The notes under the pieces were generated by a model. It was not told the DNA's origin and searched no databases. It saw nothing but the letters and a program-made list of their open reading frames with translations. The position numbers and the translations under genes are program-made. This document shows positions 63,398-64,000 of a stretch of DNA of 64,000 bases, piece by piece. How positions within the stretch are numbered: the first letter of the stretch is position 1; each line of letters opens with the position of its first letter. This DNA is from Planctomycetales bacterium. Its GTDB lineage: Bacteria > Planctomycetota > Planctomycetia > Pirellulales > S012-138. The stretch spans positions 12,761-76,760 of the forward strand of contig WFOE01000049.1 in NCBI GenBank assembly GCA_015488215.1, written 5' to 3'.

Positions 63398-64000
63398 ATG
63401 AGTGCGGAGAAGGTTCGCTGGGGCGTGTTGTCCACTGCGCGTATCGGCACCGAGAAAGTGATTCCGGCCATGCAGCGGGGCCGATGGACCCAGGTGGTGG
63501 CCATCGCCTCGCGCAGCCTGGAGAAAGCCCAGGAAGCCGCCCGGCGATTGGGGATTCCGCGGGCCTACGGCTCTTACGCCGAGCTGCTGGAAGACCCCGA
63601 GGTGGAAGCAATCTACAATCCGCTGCCCAACCACTTACACGTGCCCTGGACGCTCAAAGCTCTGCAAGCGGGCAAGCACGTGCTGTGCGAGAAACCGATT
63701 GGGCTTTCGGCCCAGGAGGCCCAGGCTCTGCTCGACGCCGCGCGGCAATTCCCCCGGCTGAAGGTGATGGAAGCGTTCATGTATCGCTTCCACCCGCAAT
63801 GGCAAAAGACCAAGGAACTTGTCGAAGAAGGCCGGATTGGGGTATTGCGGGCGGTGATGACCGCGTTCAGCTACATGAACCGCAACCCGGAGGACATCCG
63901 CAACCAGGTGAAAATCGGCGGCGGGGCGCTGCTGGACATCGGCTGCTATCCGGTTTCGCTTTCCCGGTTCCTCTGGGGCAAGGAGCCGCTCCGGGCGGTG
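63398..64000 (+). CDS. Gfo/Idh/MocA family oxidoreductase (3' end beyond the window)
   Basis: Not in the track because it has no stop in the window. ATG 63398 follows AAGGAG. Sequence MSAEKVRWGVLSTARIG...VVAIASRSLEKA...AIYNPLPNHLH...GKHVLCEKP. Confidence 0.88.
   Translation, partial: MSAEKVRWGVLSTARIGTEKVIPAMQRGRWTQVVAIASRSLEKAQEAARRLGIPRAYGSYAELLEDPEVEAIYNPLPNHLHVPWTLKALQAGKHVLCEKPIGLSAQEAQALLDAARQFPRLKVMEAFMYRFHPQWQKTKELVEEGRIGVLRAVMTAFSYMNRNPEDIRNQVKIGGGALLDIGCYPVSLSRFLWGKEPLRAV

Noticed and set aside
1-64000. Mobile element, prophage, tRNA or rRNA content
   Set aside because: I saw no transposase, integrase, recombinase, phage structural genes, tRNA T-arm (GGTTCGAATCC-like) sequences or rRNA segments anywhere in the window. 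The only compositional outlier is the DUF3800 islet, which is reported separately.

Overview
High-GC chromosomal segment. The gene content points to Planctomycetota, which is inference only: sulfatase, DUF1080, PQQ-propeller, DUF4159/prenyltransferase-like protein, MoxR-DUF58, many secreted or lipoproteins. I call about 55 protein genes, mostly on the minus strand, and nearly all are housekeeping.

Main gene blocks:
- A cbb3 oxidase cluster: CcoP-like dihaem cytochrome, unknown membrane protein, ccoN, ccoO, two small membrane proteins, ccoI, DsbD_2-like protein.
- mnmA, a CPBP protease and a low-GC DUF3800 gene.
- A glycine-cleavage operon (gcvT-H-PA-PB) ending in a lipoate-ligase-family gene.
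- rho, an M28/PDZ peptidase, an MFS transporter and a YugP-type peptidase downstream of a 1218-aa orphan membrane protein.
- bioF, galE, a protoporphyrinogen oxidase, a PEBP lipoprotein, a PIG-L deacetylase, argB-argD-argF and a lone leuD.
- MoxR-DUF58 with a divergent DUF4159 protein, an EF-G paralog, DUF1080, a PQQ propeller, a sulfatase and feoA-feoB plus a Cys-rich peptide.
- An HD hydrolase, a metallophosphoesterase, a CbpA-like J-protein, rnpA-yidD, metF and a partial Gfo/Idh/MocA oxidoreductase.

I found no rRNA, tRNA, CRISPR array, transposase or integrase. The ORF track is full of long spurious alternate-frame and antisense ORFs, as expected at this GC content. Many track ORFs needed their 5' ends trimmed, and several real starts appear to be GTG or TTG.

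The strongest signal not explained by genes is a composite multi-hairpin repeat family. It fills seven intergenic regions (about 2.4 kb in total), always 3' of a gene, three times inside apparent operons, and never in divergent promoter regions.

Other leads are the non-canonical membrane subunits in the cbb3 operon (including a 58-aa ORF missing from the track), the DUF3800 low-GC islet, the 1218-aa membrane protein, and tandem repeats abutting the leuD start. I cannot show from sequence alone that any of these is a new system. The findings give my confidence in each and say how to test it.
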